From a virus (Duplodnaviria > Caudoviricetes): a DNA stretch of 64,000 bases. The position numbers and the translations under genes were made by a program. Shown one piece after another: positions 48,904 to 60,245 of this stretch. How positions within the stretch are numbered: the stretch's first letter is position 1; each line of letters starts with the position of its first letter. Location: the IMG/VR virus record IMGVR_UViG_3300001528_000208, positions 40,806-104,805 of that record; one strand, 5' to 3'. Under the pieces are notes generated by a model. That model was not told where the DNA came from, searched no databases, and saw only the letters and a program-made list of their open reading frames with translations.

Positions 48904-50719
48904 ATGAACATAAATGCAATCAAAGGTGTTATCAGAGAAAATCCGCGCGTCATACTATATTTCGGTTCTGATTGCGAATCGTTCATTGCTGTCACTAAGG
49001 CAACAGGCGGATTTATCCCAGCCCACATAAAAGGTTACACTGAACTTTGCCTATTGTATGCTAATGGCAAATATGATGGTTTCAACCGTGATGGTAGCAT
49101 CGAGTTTTTCAAGATGGATTTTTCTACCAAGACTGCATATTATAAACGTTGGGTCGGACTTAATCGCGACCAAGAAGATGAATGGTTGCTGGTGGACTTG
49201 TCTCACGAAAGAAGGGCGCGAATTGTATGAATTGGATTCGAATAACAGCCAAAAGTCAAAAAGACATTCGCGTTGGTGATTTCGTCAGGACGATATATTT
49301 CAGTAACACCCTATATAAAGTTCTTTCAATCGAATATGTCGATGATGAAATGTATCTTATGGTTGGCGTTTCTGATAAACATGGCGCAGTGGACGAAAGA
49401 TGTATTTACGCCCGTCAACACATAAAATATTTTGGCACCTATTCACCACAGAACAGAAAAGCGCAGGTGATTTGATGGATTTTCATGTTGGTCAAAAAGT
49501 TATCATAGACAGCGACGATACCGAGTATCTTGAAGACCGTGCTGTTGATAATGGCATGGTCGGTGTAGTCATTCACATTTATGAAGGCAGACGCTTCCCA
49601 ATCAAGATAAAGGTTGATAGCCACATCGCGCCTGTCGAATGTTGCTTCAAGCCGGACGAACTGAAACCCGCGCCCGACTGTGCAAAAATTATTTAGACGC
49701 CGAAAGGCGTCTTTTCTTTTGCAAAAATATTGACAAATTGTGAACAAAATGTTACAATATTATTACAATAAGAAAGGCGGTGTGCAAATGAAACCAAAAA
49801 TCTTTCGCTGGTTCGTCTACAAATACGAAAACGGCAAGTTCAGCGTCAGCACAATGCACCAGTCACAGAACGCGGCGAATATTTGCGCAGGCGACGCGAT
49901 TGATGATATTTGCGAAGCGCATGGCTATAAGCGCAGGTTCAACGACACGGGTGAAGTTCAGGCATATATCGCGTCCGATGGCGATAAAATCGTCACAGCG
50001 CGACTGGTAAAGCGGGTGTTCTAATGAATTATCTTTATAGGGTTAATCAGCGCGTTCGGATTGTAGACAATACTGCAATCCATCACTACGCCCCACTTGG
50101 GCAGGTTGCAAAAATAAAAAGTCTTACATCGTGGGGCAACAGGGAAGCATATATTGTCACCTGTAAAACAACAAACGGAAAACCTGCACAGGTAATTATC
50201 GAGCACGACCTGCGTCCAGCGGGTGCGGAGGTGGTGTAACATGAATATTCCCGACAGTAATGCGCTTGATGCAATCACGGATTGCCTTTGCAGGGTATAT
50301 CGCGCAGAAAAAGGCGGCGTCGGTTGTCTTGATTGTCCGTTGCATAAAATAAAAACCAGACATGGTGGCACCATTTGTTCGCTTTATGTTGGTAATGACG
50401 AAGAAAGACTGGAACTTTTGCAAGCCTGCATTAAGCACGGCAACGCAACTATATTCAAAGATTTGTCGCCAGAATATAAACAATTTGTGACAAGGACGGT
50501 GACAGTAGTATGAATGAATTTCATGTTGGACAAAAGGTGAAAATCGTTGGGAACACACACGAAATTCATTACGCAATTATCCCGCAGATTGGCGAAATCG
50601 TCCGTGCGGGATACCGCGATTGCCGCGTAAAATGTAAAACAATAAATAGTGGTAATAACACGACCACGCAAACAATTTACACTTGCGACTTGCGCCCAAT
50701 CGGTGCTGAAATAATTTAA
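48904..50719 (+). CDS. Small proteins; six tagged (48904, 49227, 49475, 50024, 50241, 50510) and 49788 untagged
   Basis: Tagged ends ARIV, AQVI, AKII, AEVV, VTVV, AEII. Confidence 0.65.
49730..49760 (+). promoter_or_regulatory. Promoter with embedded palindromic operator, identical 31-bp copy at 51674-51704
   Basis: ttgacaaattgtgaacaaaatgttacaatat at both sites. Confidence 0.75.
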
Positions 50720-50734
50720 TGGAGGACTAAAAAA

Positions 50735-51479
50735 ATGACTGTATCAAATCAAATCATCGCGGTTCTTGATGCCATCTGCGAAAAATTCGGCATCGTAATC
50801 GACTGGACGGCAAGCAACATCATGCCGTATCTGCAAGACCTGTGTAAACGCATCATCACCTATGAAATTGCCACTTCTGTCGCATGGATTATTTTGCAAG
50901 TCGTCGTCGTTCTTCTTGCATTTTACATCCGCAACAAGAAAATCAAACCACTTTCGGAAGAAGAAGGCGACAACTATTTCTTAGTTATCGCCACTGTTGC
51001 CTGCGTTATCATCGCCGCAATCGCCCTTATTATTGTTTGTGTTCAGGTGGTTGATATTATCAAGGCGTTGACTATTCCCGAAATCACGATTTACAAGTTC
51101 GCCAAACCGTTTCTGAAAGGCGGGTGCTAACATGACCATTCTTGAAATTCTATTCATTCTTCTGCTGGTGCTTATCTTCCTGTGGTTTATGGTCAACATC
51201 TTTGACTTCACCAAGATTTCGCTTAATGCGAAAACAGCGCGTCGCCTTGGCGATTTAAGTATCAAGCTGAACGATTGGGACGAACAGCGACAGGCGTATG
51301 GCGCGTTAAACTCAAGAATCCATGCCGATGCAAGCATGGGAATGAAATGCACCAAGACATACGTCAAGCGTGAATATGCCGACCTTTTTGAAAAGCGATT
51401 AACGCGGCGCGGTTTTCAGGTTGAACAGGATGATTACTACGCATTTTCGTCCCAAATTAGACTTATTATATCGTGGTGA
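50735..51479 (+). CDS. Two membrane proteins (50735-51130, 51132-51479)
   Basis: TM segments; terminator at 51480-51506. Confidence 0.65.
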
Positions 51480-51945
51480 AGGCGGGATAAACCCGCCTTC
51501 TTTTTTGTTGTTTACAAAATAGTCACAATTTCCAAATCGCGCATAAATGCGTTCTAAGCGCGTTTAAGATAGGGTGCATACTTTTACCACCGCGCGCCTA
51601 AAAGCGCGTACAGCGCGTTCTACGGGCATTTATAGCGGTTTTATCGCGTCCGGTCGGGTAAATCGCGCAAGGCTTGACAAATTGTGAACAAAATGTTACA
51701 ATATGGGTACAACAGGGAAGATAGCATCTTCAATTTATCTGTTGTTGGAGTACAATATGAACACGATTGATTATGAATATAGCCAGTATCTTCTGCGCTA
51801 CGGTAAATTCATCACTGATGATTTTGTAGGTAACGCGCGAATCAGAATTATCCGCGCACCATTCAGCGGACTGCGGTATCATAAGATGGTGAACGGCGAA
51901 GTGGTGAAACTGGTCAATTTAACTTCGGCAGAATAAGGTGAAACT

Positions 51946-53489
51946 ATGGATAGAAATATTGTTCTGGAAATTGAGCAGGCATTCTGCGACCATTATAATA
52001 CAAACTGCGATAGGTGTCCAATTAGCAAATACAAAATAGCGGAAGATTTGGCGATGTGTCACTATGCCTTTAACAAGGAATCTACTGAAGAACAAGTGAA
52101 TATATTCGTCAACCTTGCGCGTTGGCATTGGAATCACAAGTGGACGCAGGAACTTAGCAATAAGGCAAGAAGAATTATTGGAATAAGGGCGAAGGTGGTT
52201 TGAATGAAGGTTAAGAAGGGCGACCGTGTGAAAATTGTTGCCAACCACAGCGGACACCAATTCAAGATTGGAACCGTTGTTGAAATTCGCAGCGGGGACA
52301 AAGGCGGTCTTTCTGCTTGGGAACCAAACCATAAACACATGAACCACGGACACGGCGGTTTCTGGTGGATTCGCGAAAATGATTTTATTCCGACAAAGGT
52401 GACGATACTATGACGACCGAACAGATTTTACAAAAGATTAAGCGTAGAATACGAACCTTAATTTATTTTGGCGACAATATCGCACAATTTCAGGAAGTTG
52501 CCGAAGCGATTTATCCTGACTATGCCGACAGGCTTATGGAACAAATCAGCGAATATAATGATGGAACAGAATTTCAACTTGTGCTTCGCACTTTTCATGG
52601 TAGATTCGACGGCTGGAACGTTGAAGATAGCTTGGAATGTTATCGCATACATCTTGAACGGGACACATGCGCCCATAGATATGGTGCGTTTATTAACGCG
52701 ACGAAGGTAAAACGGGCGGTGATACTGTGACAACACAACAAATTATATCTGCAACCAAGAAATGTTATTCGACTGTGATTTACTTCGGCAAGGATATGGA
52801 ACAGTTTCGCGAAATTCTGCCACGACTTAAATACGTTCGCGGCTATACATACGATGGCATCCTAAGAAACTTAGACGCCTACATTGCTGATGGTGGCAAA
52901 ATCGACCTTGTTATTCGCACGGTTGGCGGGTACTTTGATGGCTGGAATTGTTCCAAAAGCGTCGGATTCTACAATATTAACTTTGACACAGGAACCTGTC
53001 GTCTTACAAACACCACGGTGATTGACGCCAGCAGAAGGACGGTGAAAATTCTATGACTAAACGCGAAGCAGCAACCAGCATTATATGCTACTGGAATAAT
53101 TGTCGTAGGGATTGTCCGCTGTGGAACCACGCGCGCAACAGTTGTTCTTGCGAGTTTTATTCTGTCGCGGAATTGCTTAGGATTGCACGCAAGGAATATG
53201 CGCGGAAATCAAGCGATGTAAGGTGTGGCAAAGAATATCGGCAGATGGTGGAAAATGAGTGGAAGAAGATTGGCGGTGCAATAATTCTATGATGTTGAAA
53301 GTCGGGGAGACCGTCAAAATCGACGTGGATATGGCAGAACGCTTCAACGTTTCGTTCATTGCTACAGTAAAACAGGTGGATGAAAACGATAAAGATTTCA
53401 CATATCTATTACGTTTGTCTGACGGAAGAGATATCTGGTTTATGAATGAAGATGTGATACCGGCAAAAGCATTATCAAAAGTCGTCTAA
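51946..53489 (+). CDS. Six consecutive tagged small proteins (51946, 52204, 52410, 52727, 53053, 53289)
   Basis: End AKVV, VTIL, AVIL, VKIL, AIIL, SKVV. Confidence 0.65.
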
Positions 53490-53569
53490 CGCTTGACAAA
53501 ACCATTGTAATTTGCTATTATATCATTAGCGGCGGGGAAGTCCCCAATCTATGCCGCGCGGAGTACATT

Positions 53570-54744
53570 ATGAAAATTGTAACTTTTGGCGAAATCAAGA
53601 ACGGCAATTACATTTTCGATGTTGTCGAATTTGATGAAGCCGACGCAAAAATCACCAACGGATTCAGACCAACAGAAGATGGCACCGAACCATATCCCAC
53701 GCTTCGCATCACAAAATATAGGGTGGTCGGTCAGATTTCTGCCGAAGAAGTGCCTGTGGACAATCGCATGGAATGTGGCGTAACGCTGGTTCGCGGCGCG
53801 ATGGAAAGCGTCACCTTTACTTGTTTTAGAATGGCGGTGTAAGGATGTATTATATTAAGTTTGACTGTTCTGGCAATGCCACAATCTATGAATTTGAAAA
53901 GAAAATGCACGCCATTTGTGGAACATTTGTTCTTGTGAATCGCCTTGTTTCATCAGAGACTGGGTGCGCATCTGAACTTCTGCCGAAACGCGGAATTGTG
54001 CCCGTATCCGACAAAACAGAAACCGTCAACTTCGCCAGCGTCGAATATAACATCGAAGGCTGGTGTGGACTTTACGGTGAAGGATTTGATGGTTCTACGT
54101 CTATCGCGAATTACAAGCTGAATGATATGACACCCGCCAAAAAGACGGATAAGATGTTTACAGTCGTACACGAGCCCATTGGTGTCTATCGCTTCACTCC
54201 TCCAATCGCGTATTTTGCGGAAAGATTAAGGTGACATTATGAGTTATGCAGAACACATGGCGGCGCTGTATCGCCAAGGCACAATTATCAACCAGAAGCA
54301 TCGCATCAACGAAAACGGCGAAGCTGTTACGATGTTCACAATCCGCATGAACCACGTCTACGACAATCTGACGTCGGGCTACTGTGACGGTCTTTACCAT
54401 GTAACAACGGTCAACGGTAGGTTTGCTGGCGCCAAGCGCGTCTATGTGTAAAGGAGTATAATATGATTCAATTTATTATCGCCGTTCTGGCGCTTATCCT
54501 TCTTTACTGCATCGTTTTATGGCTTGTCGGCATCGTTGAAAACGCCGACGAAAAAACAGTCATGTGCCTGCGGACGTTCTACCGTCTGCTGAAAAACAAC
54601 AAGGTGTTTGACATTGATATGTTGTCTGGTATTGGCTACTATAATCAAGGTGGCTACCGCGATTGGGTCATGCCGCGCTGGTCTTGGTATCCGATTTTCG
54701 TCGCATTCCTTATTGGTAGCGCTTTTCACAAGGATGTAATTTGA
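53570..54744 (+). CDS. Four untagged small hypothetical proteins (53570, 53845, 54239, 54463)
   Basis: Operon from promoter 53493. Confidence 0.6.
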
Positions 54745-54860
54745 TATGCAGGCGCGGTGGAATAATTTTTCACCGCGCTTGACAATTTTATATAGGCGTG
54801 CTATACTATAATTACAGCAGGAAAGGGAAGCCTTTAATTTATCTGCTGTCGGGGTACATC

Positions 54861-55878
54861 ATGGATATTATTGCCGCTTACAATCGCGCGCCAGCACAGA
54901 CGGTGTGCGATGTCTACAAGAAACCATCTGTTGCAAAGAAAACCATCGAGCGCATGATTCTGCAAGAAATGAAAGGCTGCAATGGCTGGGGTTACAAGGT
55001 GATTTATCATACCTGTCAGCATTTTACCGCTGGATATTTATACGCCAATGGTTATACTGGCGAAATCGTTCTGCGCGTTCATAAACCGCATTACACGACT
55101 GACATGGAATGGCATCGTACCGATGCAACGGTGGTTTAACTATGAAAGATAGAATTTTTAATAAGGCGCTGTGGGCGTGTTGCAAAATGTCCGGCGGTGT
55201 CACCTGCAACGGCTGTCCATTGTTAAAACTGAAAATTGGCGAAAACGGTATGCCGAATTTTCTATGTTTATCGCATCACGACCCGACGCATAAGGCGGCA
55301 GAAGCGGCGATTGAACAGGTCGTAAAAGAAAATCCAAAGGCGTTTCCCGAAGAAGTTGTGCGGGCAATTATCAGACAGGCGAAGGTGGTGTGACATGAAA
55401 TATAGCAGAAGAACGATATTGTTTGACTGCGCGTGTTTTCAACGTGACTGTAGCACCTGCAAGTTAGCCGATGTCGGCTGTGGTGACGCACCAACAGAAT
55501 TGCTGGCAGAAGAAGCGCGTAAGCACTATCTGCAAGTGAAGAATGGCGGCGACTGGGAATATTATGACGAAATAATGTCGCTTAACTTCGGGAAAGATTA
55601 TGCCAAAGAATTTATGCTGGTAAAAGCAAGGGTGGTATAGCATGAACAAACGCCTGATATTTGAAGCGGCGTGTCTTAGACGACAATGCGGGGATTGCCC
55701 ACTTGGTGTATACGGCTGTAGTTTGGCGCCAGTGGATATGCTGTTAGAAGAAGCGCGTAAGCATTATGCGAACATGAAAAATGGCACAGGGTTTGCTGGC
55801 TACGACAGAGTGCTGACAAAAGAACATGGCGAAGGCTACGCCAAAGAATTTATGACAACAAAGGCGAAGGTGATATGA
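54861..55878 (+). CDS. Four tagged small proteins (54861, 55142, 55395, 55642); last three Cys-rich
   Basis: End ATVV, AKVV, ARVV, AKVI; 55395 and 55642 are close paralogs (EEARKHY...YAKEFM). Confidence 0.65.
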
Positions 55879-55879
55879 C

Positions 55880-57320
55880 GTGAACAACATTGTAAGCAAC
55901 CCATATTACGCGCCAGCCGTTATGTGCGTATTGGCATTGGCGTTTGCAAGTTTTATCTTCAAGTTCGTATGCGTCATGCTTGGTCGAAAAACACCAAAAA
56001 TTATGAAGCACATTAACATCGCGATTGTTGTTGTATATTCCGTCCTTATAATGCCGCTTATCATTCTTATTTTTGATTGTCTATCTGAAAGGGGTACAAT
56101 ATGATTAACATTGATGAAATTCGCAACATTCAGCAGGATGGCATTGATTCTGAAAATGCAAAGAAAGCCGCAGAACGCGGCGATGGAAGTTGGACTGCCG
56201 ACCGTGAAATATGGGAAGCAAAAGGTGGATATGACTGGGCATTCTTAAAGCGTTATTTTGAAGGTATAGGATTCTTTGTCTCGATGACATACGATGAATA
56301 TGATTACGTCTGTTTCGTGGTCGCGTGGGACGAAAAAGAAATTAGAAGACTGCGCGATAATGAAATTCTTTTTGAAAAAGTGGATAGCTATGACTGGACA
56401 AGAAGCAAATTTTACAACAAGCTGAAACGACTATTGACAAAACGTGCATAATATGCTATTATAATTATAGCGACAAGAAGGGGACTTCTAATTTAGGTCG
56501 CGGGAGTACAATCATGGAACACATTTCTACTTTGAACGCTGGCGTGTTCACCAGCATGGCAAAGCGTCTGAATCTGGACGTTAGCCCATATCATTCCGCG
56601 CATGGGTACATCGGCAACATCTGCAAGAATGGTTACGCCGTTCATCTGCACGATTCCACGGACGTTCGTGCGTTCAAGGGCGTCACGATTAACAAGATTC
56701 CGTCCCTTAGCATCAATGTGGTGCGTTTCGTTGACGGTAAAAGGACGGACGAACACAACATCGACGTCTGGGAATATAGCGATATTTCCAAAGCGATTGC
56801 CGAAGTGAAAAGCATCGTCGGCTGAACAAACAGGGCGGGTGGACGAAAGTTTGCCCGCCATTGTTAATAAAATGTTCACAAAGTGTTTACAACCAGTTCA
56901 TGACTAAATTGAAAGGGTGTGCTATAATATGGGTATTGGCGGGAAACCGCGATATTAAATAAAGGACGGTAAACAAATATGGTATTCAAAGATTTAGAAA
57001 TCGCGCCGAAATTCAAGATGCTTGACGGGACATATAGTGAAAAATGTCTTAAATTTATTTGGGAAGATTCCTATAGAAATCCAGCCGCAATGGTATTATA
57101 CTATGATATTCTTCATTCAATGTCGCCAGCAGAAAGAAAGAACGGATACTGCGTAAGACAGGTAGATGAATACGAAGCGTACCGAATCTATGACACTTTT
57201 GAAGATTTAAGAGAATATATTACCATTATTTTTGGTAAAAAGGCTGATGGAAAATGCGAAATTATGATTTCATTTCCATATGAAACTTTTGGTGCCATTC
57301 GTTTTGCAAACGATAAGTAA
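55880..57320 (+). CDS. Four untagged hypothetical proteins (55880 membrane, 56101, 56514, 56979)
   Basis: RBS and promoter at 56434. Confidence 0.55.
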
Positions 57321-57340
57321 AATATAACATGGGGTACAAC

Positions 57341-57520
57341 ATGGATTACATTAAAATTTTTAATCCAAAACAAGCCGCGTTCTACATAACGCGCGGCGTT
57401 CGCTGTGTAGACGTTTACTACACGGATAAATTTATATGGGTGTTTCGACTTGATGATACAAAAGCCGCGTGGGAAGAATGGAAAACTGGCGGTGTGAAAG
57501 TCGAAGGTTTTAGATATTAA
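57341..57520 (+). CDS. Small DUF5659-like putative DNA-binding protein
   Basis: IFNPKQAAFYI..GV.....KFIWVF...TK.AWEEW. Confidence 0.45.
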   Translation: MDYIKIFNPKQAAFYITRGVRCVDVYYTDKFIWVFRLDDTKAAWEEWKTGGVKVEGFRY

Positions 57521-57521
57521 A

Positions 57522-58241
57522 TTGGAGTGTGTGGTTATGGGTAGAGCATTATTCCGTTACGAAAAGGGACTTCCTAAGTTTGATGAAATCGACAGGCGTG
57601 GATTTATTACTGGCGAAAATCGCGCATCGTCTTCTGCGTTCAGGCGCATCGCAAACGACTATAGTCTTACTTGCGCCTGTGTATATCAATTCTTGTTTTG
57701 GCACGCCGACAACGAATCTGGCGAAGCGACAGTTACAGCAGACCAAGTTAAACGCGAAATTACAATTAACAGGGAAACCGCTGGACATTGTTTTGACCTA
57801 CTTACAATGGTCGGATTCATCGACTGCATCCAGAAGGGCAACAGCAACGTAAGTACAGGCGAAAAGCGCGCAAGCATCTATAAGATAAACAATGTCGATA
57901 TCGTGACAGGAAAGCCAACAGGAAGATATAATCCCTACCCTGACTACGAAAAAGAACATGAAAAAATTCAGGCGAAGTTCGCCACCAATATTCCAATAAA
58001 TGAAGAACGGTTAAAAGCAGCAACGCGCGATATTAACGGCAACAAGGCTCAGGGGCTGAATCAAATAGAAGGCATAACAGAACGCGAAATCAATATAGCA
58101 AAACAACACTACGTTGACCGCCTTAAACAGCAGTACAATGGCAAGGATAAAAGCGCAATGGTTCGTGACCTTTTGAAGATGCGCAATATGATGGAATATT
58201 ATCCACAGTTTGACGGAATACTCACCGACTACGGTGTCTAA
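57522..58241 (+). CDS. Winged-helix protein, putative replication initiator/origin-binding protein
   Basis: VY.FL.WHADNESGEA...INRETA..CFDLL..VGFI...RASIYKI; abuts repeat-rich intergenic region. Confidence 0.5.
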   Translation: MECVVMGRALFRYEKGLPKFDEIDRRGFITGENRASSSAFRRIANDYSLTCACVYQFLFWHADNESGEATVTADQVKREITINRETAGHCFDLLTMVGFIDCIQKGNSNVSTGEKRASIYKINNVDIVTGKPTGRYNPYPDYEKEHEKIQAKFATNIPINEERLKAATRDINGNKAQGLNQIEGITEREINIAKQHYVDRLKQQYNGKDKSAMVRDLLKMRNMMEYYPQFDGILTDYGV

Positions 58242-58800
58242 CCATTAGACATGGATTTTCACCAATATTGCCGTTCATGTCTAAAGAATCGACATATCCC
58301 ATGTCGAAAGATTAGACGCTTTTCTTATATAGTTCTCTTATATATTTATTTACCCCTTCTATTATATATAAGCAAAGTGTATAAAGATTCGACATGAACG
58401 TTTAATTGAACATAAAGTTACGGTGTCGAATTATTCGACATACGGGGATTAGTGTGTTGGCGGTAACATAATTTTCAACAGCAAGTGAAATGTAACTTCG
58501 TTCTGACATATTGGTGGGCAAAACTGAAAAATCAAGACGGGGTAATGCTATCGCATATAAACCAACAGAATAATCTATAGGGAGGATAGAAGATACAAAA
58601 AGACGATAGTATTTTTGTTGGCAATGGTATACAGGTGTCTACCAAATCGTGAATAATCTATGGGAAAATCTATGGGTCTTGAAAAGAAACTAAAATATTT
58701 ATCTTAATTTTCTGTAATTATAAGCAAAAAGAAGAAAATCTACAAGAAAATAGACAATTTTCTATGAAATAACAAGAAATAATGAAAAATTCTTGACAAT
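58234..58800. repeat. Putative replication origin: alternating TT(A/C)GACA(T/C)-like repeats then AT-rich tract
   Basis: Copies at 58234, 58244, 58276, 58288, 58300, 58311, 58387, 58423, 58433; AATCTA repeats 58570-58745. Confidence 0.55.
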
Positions 58801-58895
58801 TTCGCATAATTATGCTAATATAATACTAACGAAAGGAAGAAGACTTTTCTTCTTCTGGTGATGCAACTGCTGGTTGACAAAAGGAGTACAACAAT

Positions 58896-59434
58896 ATGAA
58901 GTTTCGTATGCTGCTGGTCTATCAAGACGGTCAAGCGACTGTCAGTACATTTAATCTACGCAATACTGCCATGATGGTGTTCAACAGTACATCTACGCAG
59001 AAGCGCATAACCTATGGCGAAGTGCTGGACATGGCTACTGGTGATGTGATTGCCGAAGTTCATCGTAGCTACCAATTCAAGCCGAACACCCATCACAAGT
59101 GACGCGCATACATATTATATATATAAGGAGTGCTAATATGATTTACAATGCTGCTGACAAGACCGACGTGATGGTGCTTAACCTGTATCATGCAGGCTTC
59201 CCTGTTAGGCGTAATGCTGCTGGCAATGTTGCCGTGAAGATTACTGGCTGGTGGAAAGACATCCCGCAGGACATTGCTGAATGTCAGCATGTGTCTATAA
59301 GGCGCAGGAACGCGTTCAGACGGCGTTTGAAGTGGCAGGAGGTAACCTGTGATGGTGAAGATTCTAAGCGCGTTAGGGTGCCTTGTGAGCGCATTTTCGG
59401 GCGGTTATATTCTTCGCATTGCACCCACGAATGA
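58896..59434 (+). CDS. Two small hypothetical proteins (58896-59102; ~59138-59434)
   Basis: AAGGAG RBSs; promoter 58793. Confidence 0.55.
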
Positions 59435-60245
59435 CCCTGTTATCTGGCTTGTGGCGTTCCTGTTTGGCTGTGCGTTCATGTGCTTTTGGTCGGAACTGAT
59501 TAGGGACTGAACGGCGGGGAATATACTATATATATAATGTATATAGCTATTCCTTCTGCTGCTGCTGAAAGCCGCCATCAACTTTTTCGCAATACAATAT
59601 AGGTATAGATGCGGCTTCAATCGGTTTTGACCTTCAACTTTCAGGCGTGACAATATAGGCGCCGACCATCAACTTTTTGGCGCTGGAATATAGGGGCGAC
59701 GGCGGGAAAATCCGGCGGTCAGGTGGTCTGGAACATTCGGAATGTTCGGAACGTTTGGAATGTACCATACGTTTGGTTCGTCATACTGCTGAAAATTTTC
59801 GTTATTCGTATTTTTCAATCAAAATGCGAAATGCTTGACTAATTGTAAAGTATATGATATACTTATAATAGACGCAAGGGATAGAAGCCTTGCTAATGGC
59901 AGGCGCTGGACACGGAACGCGGAAACGCTTTTATATATAATGTATAGGCAAGGGCTGAAAAAATTTTTCAGAAATTTTGAAAAAAGGTATTGACAATCCT
60001 TTTGCGGTGTGCTACTATGTGTACAACGAAAGGAAAAACAAAGGCGCAAGCGAAAAATCGCCGCACAAGTCAGACGCGCGAACACAAGCGAAACGCGCGT
60101 GCGGTGTGTACCTCGAAAAGTGAATCCCTATTGCAAGCCGAACGCGCAAGCGGTGAAATGTGCATGAAGCGCGTCAAGCAAGCGTGACGGCGAAACGATA
60201 GGGCAAACATATCAACAAAATTAAAATTGAAAAGGGGAACAAAAA

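Noticed and set aside
23033-55878. Explaining the AKVV-like termini purely as overlapping Shine-Dalgarno sequences
   Set aside because: It contributes, but at least six tags use non-SD codons or sit at operon ends, and coupled enzyme genes lack the tag. Kept as the null model to test.
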